Assembly (NCBI GenBank): GCA_002633005.1
Contig: NMRA01000302.1
Location: forward strand, 319,760 to 383,759
Direction of reading: 5' to 3'
DNA length: 64,000 nt
Origin: Phoronis australis
Taxonomy: Eukaryota > Animalia > Phoronida
The translations under genes and the position numbers were made by a program. Below, piece after piece: positions 52,601 to 63,905 of this stretch (position 1 is the stretch's first letter; every line of letters starts with the position of its first letter). Under the pieces are notes generated by a model. It did no database searches. It saw only the letters and a program-made list of their open reading frames with translations, and was not told where the DNA came from.

Positions 52601-55600
52601 CGTATGAGGACTTAAATGCAATGCAACCGAATTATTAAAGCTGCTACCAACCCACATTCCATCAATAGTAAACCTAACTTTTCATTTAAATCATTTTCTG
52701 CATCAAACCTCCTTTCAGTAAGTTTCTTTACCCACCTAGAAAAAATGACATGATGTTTCAAGCCAACTTCATAGCTGAGGCTCGGTCTATAACGAACTGT
52801 CAGTTCTTTCAAATTCAAGGAATCACCTGCACTTTGAGTAAGGAATAGGTCGATTCAATTAATAGTCAAAACCAAGAGGGGTTTAGTTGAAGGAAGGCAG
52901 GTTTATAGCAGCTTTAACAGCAATGACGTAATCACATTAAGGAACAGAATGTATTTTCACTGCCAAGGTTTAACCCTGCACAACATCAAATGCATTTCAC
53001 TGAAGTAATTCTCAACATAACATAAATGCAAATGCACACAATAGTTGCTGCATGACATAATAAATACGCAAAACGTACCGTAGAAGACGTAATATCCCAC
53101 GAGACATTATTCCGCGTATTGACCGAGACCGAAGGTGGCCCCTGGAAATCATGTGTCAAGTTTGTGCACCCCTTGATATTTCTTCATACACGCCACTCTC
53201 GGTACGTTTTGTATTTATCCCATATACGCTTCGAATTCCTAAGTTTCTTTCATTTTTCAGCAAATTCTTAAATACTTCACTTGGCGGATCCTATATGTAT
53301 GTACTTGCGCGATAAGTTGCAACTTTCTCTAGTAACAGAAACCATTTTAAATGTAACGATTTATTACTTGAAGAGATAAAAAAGATGAAAACAAAAATAA
53401 CTGTGCATTGAATTTGTGACATTTCCTGAAAATAGTCAACAATATTTGATATTGAAGTTACCAAGGAATCAGCGCCTGAGTTGCAGACGATATAATGTTT
53501 AGCAATTGAATGAGACAGAACTGTCATTTAATTAACAGTCCTGTTCCAGGTGCATCCAACTGAGACCTGATTGTATGTTGAGTGTTATTTACACTGCTGC
53601 AATTGTATTACTTTAAACTATTTTCGTTTGATACTTGAACTGGCTAACGACGTCGAGTAGACATTGACCTACCCTTTGACCTTTCCATTTTAGATGTCAC
53701 TGTTCAAGTAGTGCGGAAAGGGAATACAGAAAACATTATTACATGTACGTGGCCGCATTGCACTCGACTGATTCAACGCGTATGGGATAAATCGGAAAAA
53801 GGTTGGAAGTCATGGACACGTATTACGTAGTCAATTCTTACCACCACGTGGTTCAACAAAGGCAGATGATGCTAGCTGATAGAATCAACCTTAACCAAGT
53901 TACATGAACATTTCAGTTACAAAGCAGATACCATATCAGTGTTTTGGAGTCACAAGTAGGCAAACAGTGATCAAGTAGTGTTGGTTTACTTTCATAAAAG
54001 TAAAATGTCAGACTTTTATGCTGCACAGTAAACAGATAAGGTTAAAATATTGTCATGTCCTGTTGTATTGACTATAGTCTATATCCCCGCCAAGCTACTG
54101 TGCATAAGTAACTTTAAAAATAGTGTCAAGTGTTCACTGAAGCAGTGATAGTCTCTTTTGATAGATCAATTAACATTTGTTGCCATTGCAAGAACATTGA
54201 CCTCACGGCAGTGCACAGGGTGGCCCCTGGAAATCATGTGCCAAGTTTGTGCACCCATTTTTCTTCTCTCAAGTATCTGCTAATCAGTATGGACGCCAGA
54301 GGAAGTGGCGTATAGACCTTTCTTAGCCTTTTACTGCAGACTCCTTGGATTTCTCACTGAACTGCCTGTGTAGCCTGTACATCTGTACGTGTAAACGAAT
54401 TGTAAAAAGTTACAATATAATTGATCACTGCCGGAAACACTAATCAACGATTCATGGCAAACAAAACCACCATTGAGTACAATTAATGAACAATCGTACC
54501 CATGCCACTGCCAATGCTAATGTCAACACGTGCGATAGGTTGTACTGTAAGTTAAAAAGATGATGCAAAAACTAACGCACGCATTGCCATTTGACTCTTG
54601 GTATAAATCTTCATCGCATCATAACTTTTGATGGCCATTACAAAACACTTTATAGTTTACATGGCTCCTAGAGCTCTAAGACTGGAAATTGAACCCAGAA
54701 CAATATGGTTATGTCCCAAGTGCTACTCAGTAGCAGTTGCATGACTATGAAGCTACCACATAACTGTTTTATCAATCTCATACTAGGTTCGTACTATCAT
54801 CGTCGATCAGCAGGTAATAAAAAACATCATTCATAGACGATAAAGTTCTATTTTTTGCAGAACAATTACTGTGACTATAAAACCCTACACAACTTAGCTT
54901 TTGATTTTAACCACTTACCAGTATCAAACCAATCTCTGTTTTTTCCTTATTGAAATGATAAAATAATTTTTGGTCTTCCAAAGAACTGGCTGTTCATCAT
55001 GGTTGAGACCATGTCAAATGAATGAAATGTCATGCTGTAGCAAGTCAACCTAAAGAGACTGTCTCAAGTAGTAACAAATCATTGGAAATTTTCAAGCCCC
55101 AAATTCACACCTATTTTTATCGAGAAACAATTCGAGATCAATTTCATACTAACGAAACGTTGGTTTTCGTGTCAGAAGGCAGGTTTATGGCTACCTTAAA
55201 TTCCAATAGAACATAGACTCTTTACACGAGCAGACACAAACCTTTGATGCAGATTGTGAGGACGGCTGTAGGTGATAAAGAAGTTAAGGACAAGCAGCAG
55301 ATCTGAATCCCTGCAAGATGACAATAGTGATATTTGTAAGAAGACATTCAGTTTAAAATTCATTCTGAGGACCCTATACTGAAAACTCAGATCTGCATAT
55401 ATGAATCTGAAACATTGACATTGAATCGACAGATGGAATCATACAAAGGCGAATTCAGGGGAGACGAAGGGGCTCGGGTCTCATTATGAACTTGGAATGA
55501 GAACCAGTCAAAATACCGGCTTTCAGTTATGCTGATGGTTATAAATCAAGGGTGTCATGTGCACACACAATGGGCCTTTTGGAATTGACACCGCAAGTGC

Positions 55601-57845
55601 AGTGAAAATAATTCTTTATGAAGCCTGTTCTTGGCCATACAATATCCCAATTGGGACTCCTCCGACTGAGATCAGTTACCCATTGAATACTCTAAGGGTG
55701 TATAGAAGTCACTGAATATTTTAAAAATTGCACACTTACTTGCCCATCGAAAGCCTTGCAAATCTTCACGAGCTCTAACATACAATCTTGCCCTCATTGT
55801 TTCCCACCTCATTACATTCTGTAGTTCAGACGAGAGGGGTGCTGAACGTGCGATAACATCTGGCTCTTTTGTTAACTGCCCAACTCAGTCTTTTGTTCCG
55901 TATGATAAGAAGCAGGCAAATTATCTCCCAGGCTTCAAAGGAAACGTATGGTGGTTGCACGCTATTGCCGAACGCGTATTCAGAACACAGTCAAACCAAG
56001 TGCGTTGGTAATCCGTTTGGACGGAATAGATTTCTTAAATTCTCTTGTAGTTGGGCGATTTTGGTGGTTCAAAAACTTAACATGATCAGCATTTGACGAG
56101 GAATTCAGAAATGCTATTGGTTTAAGCGCAAATATGTTATAACTTAACTTTCGTTTTTATCAGCCCAGCCCAGTCAGGCTAGATATGATCTGATTGGGGA
56201 TTAGAGCAATTATCGAACAAAAGAGCGCAGGCCCTCCAACCATAAGTGACAGACTGGAGTTAATCAGTCGTGTAAGATATTGGCTAGGGGGGTAAACTTC
56301 CCAACTTGTTGGGCTATAGAATCGAACAAGTTGGGAGCAACGGGATGTCGACGTCATGTTTCGAACAAGTCGCTTAGGTACACGGTTTGTTGGTAATGCC
56401 ACTTTTTGTACTGACTAACTCGTCTTTTTTCCGAATCTCGTTGAGCAGGACGACCGCGTTTCGCCCTCGGCCGTACACTACCAGTCTCCACCATTTGTAT
56501 TTTTGTTAACTTCTGTGGCTGTGCATCCGTTGTTGTGTACTATCATTTTATTTTAATGATTATCCTTTTTATTCCTTGTAAATATCTCATTCGTTCGCAG
56601 TATTAAAAGCGATTTCTTCGTTTTTTTGCTCGTGTTCAAAGTTAATTCTAACCTTTTGAACTTTAAGTCATACCAAAAAAACGGCTAAAACGGCGTTAAG
56701 GGGTATTTTGTCTATAACTCGGACAATAGGCCTTTAAAATCAAGCAATGTTTGATGAACCCGAAGGACAATCCGGCTTGTCTCTACCCAAAAGGGAACCT
56801 CTATTCTGTCTGTAGATAGTCATCCAATGACTTATCAGTGCTGAGCAAACGAATTAAAGTGAGCAAACCCTTTTCTAGTTGAAAAACATTTAAACTAATT
56901 TCCAAAACTACTGCATGGTAATCGAACGACCTGACGTCATCGTACATTTGCACTTGTGTTTCTCGTTGTCAAATTTGTCCCACTTGTTGTTGCCCATGCA
57001 CGTCGCTTCGATGGCATTATCTTTGCTCTCGTCGTCACCGTTGAATTTCAGGCCAAATATACAATCGTGCGTGATCTTCACACCCTTCGCGACCTGTCCC
57101 GTGCGAGATGGTTTGTAGCCAAAATATTTGTCGATTTGGCACATCTCTGCAATCGAATTGCGTTCTAAAAATGACTTAATTCTACTGCCCATAATCGTCT
57201 GAGACCCGTTAGGCTACCACGTCACTATTTCAGAGTTATAATAAAGCCCAATTATTGAAATGTTAAGGTTCACACCAGTGGCGAAAACTCTAGCGTTTTA
57301 CAGTAAATAGCCAAACAAGATAGTTCTCCGCGGAGGGGTAAGTTTCGCAAACGGTAAATTTATTTCCATACCACTCGAGTCTCTCTTAAGGCGAAATTTG
57401 ATGTCAAATTGGTACGTTCGCTCTCTGCCTTCAACTTTGAATGACGTGACTATAGAACAAATGCCTCTTACCCCTGCGCAAGTGTGTCCTTTGAAGTAAG
57501 CTGTCTGGATGCAACAGCGATGGCGAAAACGCCTGTAGTTTAGGGGTAACTCAAATCTCCAGCAGAAGCGATTCTTATCATCGTTCACGTTACTGGCGTT
57601 TTTATGTTATCTGCAGTACTATGCAAAATTTTTAGCCAGCGTTTTAGCCAGCATTTGAACCGATTAACAAATAGCTTGCTGAAATGAGATGAATTGTTCA
57701 ATGCTGCACTTCCTGATAACGATAGCCCTGTGACACACTGTACGTGACACACTGTATTCTTACCTCCCCTGGCCAGAGAAATGAGGCTGCAGATGGCAAT
57801 GTGTAACGGAAACACAACTGAAACAAGATGTGAAACAACGTGCAT
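28864..57845 (-). CDS. Paralog B: 9-exon gene for a predicted GPI-anchored Sushi/CCP + 2x Ig-like surface protein, 406 aa. join(complement): 57845-57764, 57146-56946, 49844-49728, 45867-45729, 37055-36886, 35171-35061, 34244-34085, 30446-30370, 29027-28864
   Basis: GT-AG introns with the same phases as paralog A. The spliced CDS is 1221 nt and open with no stops. Introns are enlarged by TE insertions. Confidence 0.88.
29162..29409. mobile_element. PIF/Harbinger-type MITE with CAG target-site duplication in intron 8 of paralog B
   Basis: TIRs gggcccgttccaaga / tcttggaacaggccc, flanked by cag...cag; empty site gcCAGctc at ~1557 in A; second copy inverted at 50643-51048. Confidence 0.85.
30370..30446 (-). 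CDS. Paralog B exon 8, Ig2 end
   Basis: 77 nt, 18/25 aa identical to A. Confidence 0.85.
31230..31400 (+). mobile_element. tRNA-head SINE-like repeat with a 22-bp palindrome gttatctcactagtgagataac
   Basis: B-box ggttcgaaac; shares ~100 bp with 63480-63580. Confidence 0.5.
31660..31870. repeat. Degenerate ~41-bp minisatellite (core gtacccacttgg)
   Basis: 4-5 visible core repeats. Confidence 0.7.
34085..34244 (-). CDS. Paralog B exon 7, Ig2 middle
   Basis: 160 nt, 34/54 aa identical to A. Confidence 0.82.
35061..35171 (-). CDS. Paralog B exon 6, Ig2 N-part
   Basis: 111 nt, 30/37 aa identical to A. Confidence 0.85.
36886..37055 (-). CDS. Paralog B exon 5, Ig1 end plus Pro/Thr/Lys hinge
   Basis: tttag| acceptor, T|gtgagt donor, 170 nt (9 nt shorter than A, frame kept). 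Confidence 0.85.
37873..39379. mobile_element. Harbinger-like DNA transposon remnant nested in a hairpin-ended element, itself carrying short MITEs (~38230-38380, ~38715-38875)
   Basis: Terminal inverted repeats ccgatttcataa(g/a)ggtg; subterminal aaacctggttt arrays; splits the element homologous to 9440-10102. Confidence 0.6.
42190..44450 (+). mobile_element. Decayed L1/Tx1-type LINE (RT through zf-RVT) in intron 4 of paralog B
   Basis: [60 protein letters not shown]...[10 protein letters not shown]; many frameshifts. Confidence 0.85.
44680..45300 (+). mobile_element. 3' fragment of a second non-LTR retrotransposon (CR1/L2-group-like)
   Basis: [11 protein letters not shown]...LRCSTHHL..E...ERICKAC...[12 protein letters not shown]; clade assignment uncertain. 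Confidence 0.65.
45729..45867 (-). CDS. Paralog B exon 4, Ig1 middle
   Basis: 139 nt, conserved splice sites, 36/47 aa identical to A. Confidence 0.85.
46630..48842. repeat. Tandem pair of ~1.1-kb units (46630-47765, 47766-48842) with internal (GAC/GAT)n-rich subrepeats, ending at an N
   Basis: Both units start atgaaagcgctc..gaggagc..acttggcgaaattaac; absent from copy A; n at 48843. Confidence 0.8.
49575..49690. repeat. (TG)n microsatellite
   Basis: Visible; paralogous to 14903-14971. Confidence 0.9.
49728..49844 (-). CDS. Paralog B exon 3, Ig1 N-part
   Basis: 117 nt, conserved splice sites, 33/39 aa identical to A. Confidence 0.85.
50643..51048. mobile_element. Harbinger-type MITE, same family as 29162-29409
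   Basis: gggcccgttcc...ggaacaggcc termini; reverse-complement similarity. Confidence 0.75.
56946..57146 (-). CDS. Paralog B exon 2, Sushi/CCP-like domain
   Basis: 201 nt; 58/67 aa identical to A; all Cys and Trp kept. Confidence 0.85.
57764..57845 (-). CDS. Paralog B exon 1, signal peptide ([27 protein letters not shown])
   Basis: ATG, G|gtaaga donor, 82 nt as in A. Confidence 0.85.
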
Positions 57846-58538
57846 AAGTCTCGCGTTAACATTCTGTGATCTTTAGTTTTAGCTATTTTTAAACAGAAGT
57901 TTAGTGTCCAAGCTTTATGTTTTAATAGTGAGTGACATCAATGGTGATCGACGAACAGATAAACTCAAGCGCCTGGGAATTATGCATGTATCCCGTCTTG
58001 TCGTTAGCTCTGCAGGTTTATATGTCATGCCCAGATGTTACAATTTTTTCGTCGCAAAAACCTTGCAGAATGTCGCTTTCGGGAGATATTGTAGCCAACC
58101 ATATGGAAAGAATAACGTAAAGGTAGCCATGTTGTTATCTATGTTTCGCATTGACTTTCTACGATCAGGCAAATGAAGCTTGCTTCTATCTGATTCTCAC
58201 GACTTTTTAGTAACGGATTTCTAAACGTGCGCTAAAAGTCCATTACCTACTTTTGATGTAATCCGCGAACATTGCACTGGTATTTTTCAAAATGCACGCT
58301 GGTCTTGGTTTTAGCGTACAATCGAAATCATGCACGAAACTTTATTTTCGAGATTGACACGTGCTCATGCAATCACGATCCGTCACTTGCAGTTTCTGTA
58401 TAAATTATTAGCATAAGTAAACAAGTACAAAATACACAAACAAGCACATCCATTCATACACGCATGCACACGTCAGGAATGGTAATTCTCGTATCTCGAG
58501 AAACTGTCAAATATTTTTTACAAACTTGTGAATATTAA

Positions 58539-59785
58539 TCGGTAAATAAAACAACAAGAATGGATCAACTGAAATTTGAAATTTTCGGATGTAACAACTT
58601 CCTTTATCAACAAAAACAGAAATAAAGTAAAATCAAACACAAAATGACAATTGACATATAAGATATGGTGTAATGAAAATGATACATTTTTGCGTAAAAA
58701 ATTAAATGACATATTTTAAGAAGTTTTTATGTTCAATCCATGAGGTTCTATTATATTCAGTTTGTCTATTCAATATTGTTCTCTTTTAAGTCTGTGAGGG
58801 GTACTGGGGTGTAGGAGTTTTTCTATTATTTGTACAGGAAGATTTTGAATATTATGGTTTTTGGAATTGAAATGATTACCTATAGTATCAAAAATGTTTT
58901 TATGTATTATGTTAAATATATGATTACGAAACCGAGTTTGTAGATTATGTTGAGTTTGTCCTACGTATTGGATAGAACATTTTTTACAAGTTATAAGGTA
59001 AATAATATTGTTGGTGGTGCAATCAGAATAATGTTTTATTTCAAAGTTTTCATTGGTTTGGGAAGACTGGAAAAAAGTGCTATCGTTGATGAAGTTACAC
59101 ATTTTACACCTAGTTTTGTTACATTGTGTGTTGCCAATAGGTTTGTCAGTTTGGTGTATATTGTCGATATTAGCTTTAACTAAATAATTTTTTAGATTTT
59201 TACATTTTCTCCAAGAAATTATAGGGGGATGAGGAAATAGGTTTTTCATTTGAGGGGAAATATGCAGTGTAGAAAGATGTTTTTTGAAGACGTGGCTAAT
59301 TCCGTTTAAACATGGATTGAACATAGTTATGAAAGGTATTCTATTAGTAGTATTGCCTTTAGTTTTAGTTCTTAAAGATTCATTTCGAGTAATTGAGCGG
59401 ACTTTGTCAAACTGTTTGTGTATAAGATGTAAGGGGAAATGACGTTGAATTAGATAGTACTTGAGTTCTTTTAAACGGTTATTAAAGGAAGTTTCTTCTG
59501 AACAAATGCGTCGAATTCTTAGGGCAAGGCTATATGGAAGGCTTTTCTTGCAATGAAAGGGATGACACGAGTGATATGACAGATACTGGTGTTTGTCAGT
59601 TTCTTTACAGAATAAGTCAGTTTCTAGTTTATCATTATTAAGAGTGATAGTTACATCTAAAAATGAGACTTTATTTTGAGAAATGTCATGAGTGAACTTT
59701 ATAGTAGGGTGAAATTTGTTAATATTTTCTAAAAATACATCGAATTTTTGTGGACCATGGGTCCATATCATAAAAATGTCATCAA
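58539..59785 (-). mobile_element. 5'-truncated Penelope-like element (RT C-terminal half + GIY-YIG) with a 12-bp TSD
   Basis: Begins at the (Y)IDDIF motif; FLDV, IIYLITCKKC..QYVGQT..L..RF..H; REQY*IDKL (apparent TGG>TGA); TSD tgtgaatattaa at 58527-58538 and 59786-59797; degenerate hammerhead at 58578-58610. Confidence 0.93.
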
Positions 59786-59799
59786 TGTGAATATTAAGT

Positions 59800-60790
59800 A
59801 TACTTATGGGACACCTCTCGTTGTAAATGTACTATTTGGCTGGTAATAGCCAAATGTAAGTAGAACATCATGCGTCTCTTTAAGTCTAAGAATAACACAT
59901 TTGCCAGTACGAGAAACAGTTGCGAACCAGAATTAGAGACTTTTGAAGCAGTTTTCTGAATTCCTAACAAAAATCGTCTGCAGGGCGACATTCCCAAACA
60001 GGGTGTGACAGTGTCTCTGGGACTTTATTACAAAATGAAGTGTTTAGAATCCTTAATTTGGATTTTGACTAAAAAATATTTGTCACAATAATCCTATGTA
60101 ATATTCTCAATTTGAACCATCTAATGTTGGGACAAATGTTTAAAGCAATTCGTATATTTTCTTCCAACCTTAACATCTTTTATCTATTTCCCATTTACAC
60201 TCTGACATGGAAGATTTCTTGATGTCGTTTAATATGGAACAAATATGTCTTCAATCTTTCACATTCCTCCGTAAGTAATTTCTAGACGCGTGTAAGGAGA
60301 ATAGATTAACTTTAAATTTACTTTGAAATAGACTTTTTTGAAACCTTCTTAGCATAGAACAACACCACTATACTCTACAAATCGAAACCGTTTATCGTAC
60401 GTCTAATCTAACGAAATCGCCATCAAAGGTATACACATTTCTGATAAATCTTAAGCCTTTTATAAGACTCATAAAATACTTCTGCCTCCGATACCCAAGT
60501 TACTATTATATCACAAAGGTTGATTCAAACAGTCTTCTTTACTCGCTACGATTGTTTTCCCATAAAAAGTTGTCCTGCTTCCAAGTACACCGCGCCGATA
60601 GGAATTAACAATAAGAGTCAATCCTACGCTAAGTTGAGTTCCCACCAAACATCAGCAATATACAGTCCTGAACAAATCTCCATCAACTTCATCCGCGACT
60701 TCGGGTTATTAAGCTGGCGATAATTAAGCTTGTCTTCAGACTAATCGAAAGCAAGATTAAAATCGCCTGCCCAAATAACACAGTAATTTC
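59800..60790 (-). mobile_element. Decayed L1/Tx1 LINE remnants (APE endonuclease piece and zf-RVT piece)
   Basis: VIWAGDFNL...NNPKSR...DVW near 60780-60630; LRWFKLRILHRIIVTN...FCNKVPETLSH near 60125-60000. Confidence 0.7.
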
Positions 60791-60800
60791 CTATCAATAT

Positions 60801-62095
60801 ATATAGGTTATACAATGTACTTGTTTGTATCAGTGTGTTAGTATATCGAGATTCGTGATATGCAAAAGTATTCGCCCTCGTTCAAATACTTCTGCATATC
60901 ACGAATCGAGATATAATAACACACTGCTACAAACACGTATGTTGTATAATCTATTTATCCTATGCGCCCTACTGAGGATTCTTTAAAGAAGCGGGTTTAC
61001 ACAGATTGCTCCGCTTGTCGTGGTGTCGATTGTCATCTTTTCTCAATGATGGTCGCAGCTCGCGTGACACGTATACGTGCACGCAATTTTTATGAATGAA
61101 TTTTTTGCAGCGATTGCACGTCACGGTAGTCAAGTTGTATTTTACACCAGCTACAGGCTTGGGGCCATGTGCATATCTGCGATTTTCAGTATTTTCGTCA
61201 AAGTTTGCATTTAGCTAAATCTATTTCTAAGTTAAAGTTTGCTTACATTTCTGACGATTTTTCTTGACTTTGTTGAGTAATATCTGTGCAAGACACCCAG
61301 ACGTTGTGGCTGATGCACGTTCAGAAGCTTCTTTAAAATGCTCCTTGCGCGCGGTTCTTATCATTTTTAGGTAGAAAGTATTCTGAAATTTATCGTAAAA
61401 TTGACAAAAAATACAGTGCTTACAGAAGTTGCAGTTTTGTTTTTGGGCTCGACGTATTTTGATTGTTATGAGAACAAATTTAGAACTCACATTTGACCGT
61501 AAATATCATCAACTAGTGTAGTGCAATAGATGACTAAAAGCAGGCATGCAGTGGTAATGTATATTGCTTTCCTAAGCCCAAACATACAGTATTGTGGCAA
61601 GTTCGAGATTTTTTTGTGATTTAAGTGTTCTGCGTCAGTGCAAAATTTCACGGTATATTAAGAAACATTGTCAACAACATTTTTATTTCACTTTTTTGTT
61701 TAGTTCTCAGAAGTCATATCATAGTATGGACGTGAAATTATTGCGCACGGAGCTGAACCCAAAGTGATGCTATATATATAATCATGTTACAGCTACTTGT
61801 AGTGTATTGTGTGCACAGGACGGAACTTTGGCGAGAAAGAAGGCATCCGTATTCAACGTGCGTTGAATACTGAAATTCCATATTTAATGCGCGTTGAATA
61901 TGGAAAAGTAGTTCTTCATTAAAAAACCTCAAAATACGATCCGTATTTTATGGCCATACAATCACGCGTTTATGATAAATTTAGATTATTACATGGCGAA
62001 GTCGTTATACCCCGTTATCTAGAGCCCGAGTGGATTTTGGAGAATTATCGCCCGAGGGGCGCTAGCCCCAAAGGTGATAATTCTGCATAATCCAC
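60801..62095. mobile_element. Putative non-autonomous element bounded by long hairpins (Crypton-like, tentative)
   Basis: ~70-bp-arm palindrome at 60801-60956 and a second hairpin at 62029-62095; no convincing coding sequence between them. Confidence 0.4.
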
Positions 62096-62188
62096 TATTT
62101 ATACCACATACTGAGCGAGAAACATTGCAATGAATCGATCTACCTTTCTCGACTCGCCTCGGCTTTGTAACTACTTTCTATGTCAGAG

Positions 62189-62997
62189 TGTCAGAATATA
62201 ATCTGACAGTATTTTTAGTTGCATTGTTTTGTTTTGTTATTCTGTTTGATTGGCATGACCCCTGAGTTAAGTACAGTGATGATGTAATTTGTTTACTACA
62301 AAATAGTGTGGAACTTTCTAGAAGACTGAGGTCAGAACAGCGATGATGTAATTTGTTTACTACTATTGTGGAACTTTCTAGAAGACTCTAGCATGACAGT
62401 GATTAATGCAGTCTGGATTATTCTAGAGACTAGTACATGTTTGTAGAATGATTGGGTAGGTTCCAGAAAGTTCTGGTATGTGCTTGAATTGATGAAAAGT
62501 TCTAGAACAATGCATTAGGCTATAAATACACAAGCACTGGTTTGTGTTAGGGACTTGAGTCCAAGGTGATTAAGTCAGTTGAGTTAAAGATTAAGTTAGC
62601 TGAGTCCAAGAAGATCAAGTCGGGAGATCAAGAGAAGATCAAGTAAGTTCAAGCAATTTAATCAAGAGAACTACAGTTGAGTTGCAGTGAAGAGAATCAG
62701 CAGTTACAGCGATAGTCAATAGAGAGCCAGCTACAGAGACAGCAGGTTATTGAATCAACGAGTGTAACAGTTGCTGGAAATATCTCAGAAGTTCAATACA
62801 AGTCAAGGCTTCGCAGCACTGGCTGGAGCATGAACAGACATTACGTCGGACGTTTTGTTTGAGTAGGCTTGTGAACGTACAGTCGGGATTAATAAAGGAT
62901 TAACTCGAACCAGTCTTCAGTCAATCTTCGCACCGAAAGCTATTAGCACCGGTCTGTAACAACCTGCGCCCACCCACACACGGGGAAAAACGTGACA
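62189..62997 (+). mobile_element. Solo LTR (809 bp)
   Basis: TGTCA...TGACA termini; perfect 5-bp TSD CAGAG (62184-62188, 62998-63002); TATAAATA at 62521; AATAAA at 62891. Confidence 0.88.
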
Positions 62998-63445
62998 CAG
63001 AGGCCCGGGGTCGGAGGTCGTGATCTTTTAAGAAAAGCCGAGATATTTTTGTAAAATAATGCTTTTACTCAAAACCAATTGAAAAATAAAACAGAATAGA
63101 AATAAAGTAAATCTATAAATTAAGGTTTAGCAACTATAATAGCTTACTACACATTTTATCACACTAAGCTTCGACCGGGACTACATGTACATGTATATCG
63201 TCTGCTAAAATAGGTTACCACTAGTAACTGACTATAATGCTCAAGTCAAAGGATTCCGACCACACGACACCTGCATTCAAATTGGAGATCGGTGATTTAC
63301 AAGTGAGAGAACACGAGAGAAAATTTTCACTGAATTAAAATATCGTTTTTATGGAAATTATGCTTTTTATTTGTCATAGCGTTTAAATGTCGGTGCAATG
63401 CCATACTTAAAAGTATTCTATTTTCACGTTCGATGACGTCATCCT

Positions 63446-63598
63446 CTGAGTGGTGCAGTGGTCGGTGACTCGCAACTGTTGAGGCCCGTGTTCGAATCCG
63501 GCCTCTGTTTCCCGCCAAAATGTTATCTCACTAGTGAGATAACTTTATGGGTTATTACACGAGGCTAATATTGTGGTATAATAACCCATATAGTTATC
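63446..63598 (+). mobile_element. tRNA-derived SINE-like repeat
   Basis: A-box tggtgcagtgg (63451), B-box gttcgaatcc (63490), 22-bp palindrome 63522-63543; related copy at ~31230-31400; no complete cloverleaf. Confidence 0.5.
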
Positions 63599-63668
63599 AA
63601 GTTATTCTGCCACGTTCTTCAGGTGTGTTTCTTTTTCAAGCTGTCTGGCCCAGCATCTTAAATATAAA

Positions 63669-63905
63669 TTAGCGACAGAATTGAGGAATCCCCGGTTTCG
63701 TCGTTGTCGTTTGTTGATTTGGTGCTGGCGTCCGCTTGCTTTCGTTGCCCACGCGCATGGTTCTTTTCAGTAGTGCCGTTGTTTTAACATCCAGTGGATT
63801 AGGTTTGAACATAAAGTATACTAGACCAAGGATGCCACAACAAAGAATAAATCCAAAGTTTCGCCGGAAATGCCGGATTCCACGGATCCACCTGTTTAGC
63901 CCCAT
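63669..63905 (-). CDS. Possible first coding exon (or pseudo-exon) of a type II membrane protein (MGLNRWIRGIRHFRRNFGFILCCGILGLVYFMFKP...)
   Basis: Strong acceptor tttcctttgcacag one base before the ATG; basic N-tail, signal-anchor, Pro/Thr stem; stops after 78 aa with no clear donor. Confidence 0.35.
   Translation of the reverse strand: MGLNRWIRGIRHFRRNFGFILCCGILGLVYFMFKPNPLDVKTTALLKRTMRVGNESKRTPAPNQQTTTTKPGIPQFCR

Larger units (their letters stand above)
28060..60305. repeat. Segmental duplication, copy B
   Basis: Same orientation as copy A; longer because of copy-specific TE insertions. Confidence 0.85.

Noticed and set aside
50150-56600. Possible nested gene or transposase in the large B-specific intron 2 insert
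   Set aside because: Only short ORFs with no recognisable motifs; parts match dispersed repeats at ~21640-21840.
28060-60305. Duplication as an uncollapsed allelic haplotype artefact
   Set aside because: Heavily diverged introns, many copy-specific TEs and ~24% protein divergence favour true paralogy. Not fully excluded for an extremely polymorphic locus; read depth would settle it.
63446-63505. Functional tRNA gene
   Set aside because: A and B boxes are present, but there is no proper acceptor stem or anticodon arm, and it is embedded in a dispersed repeat.
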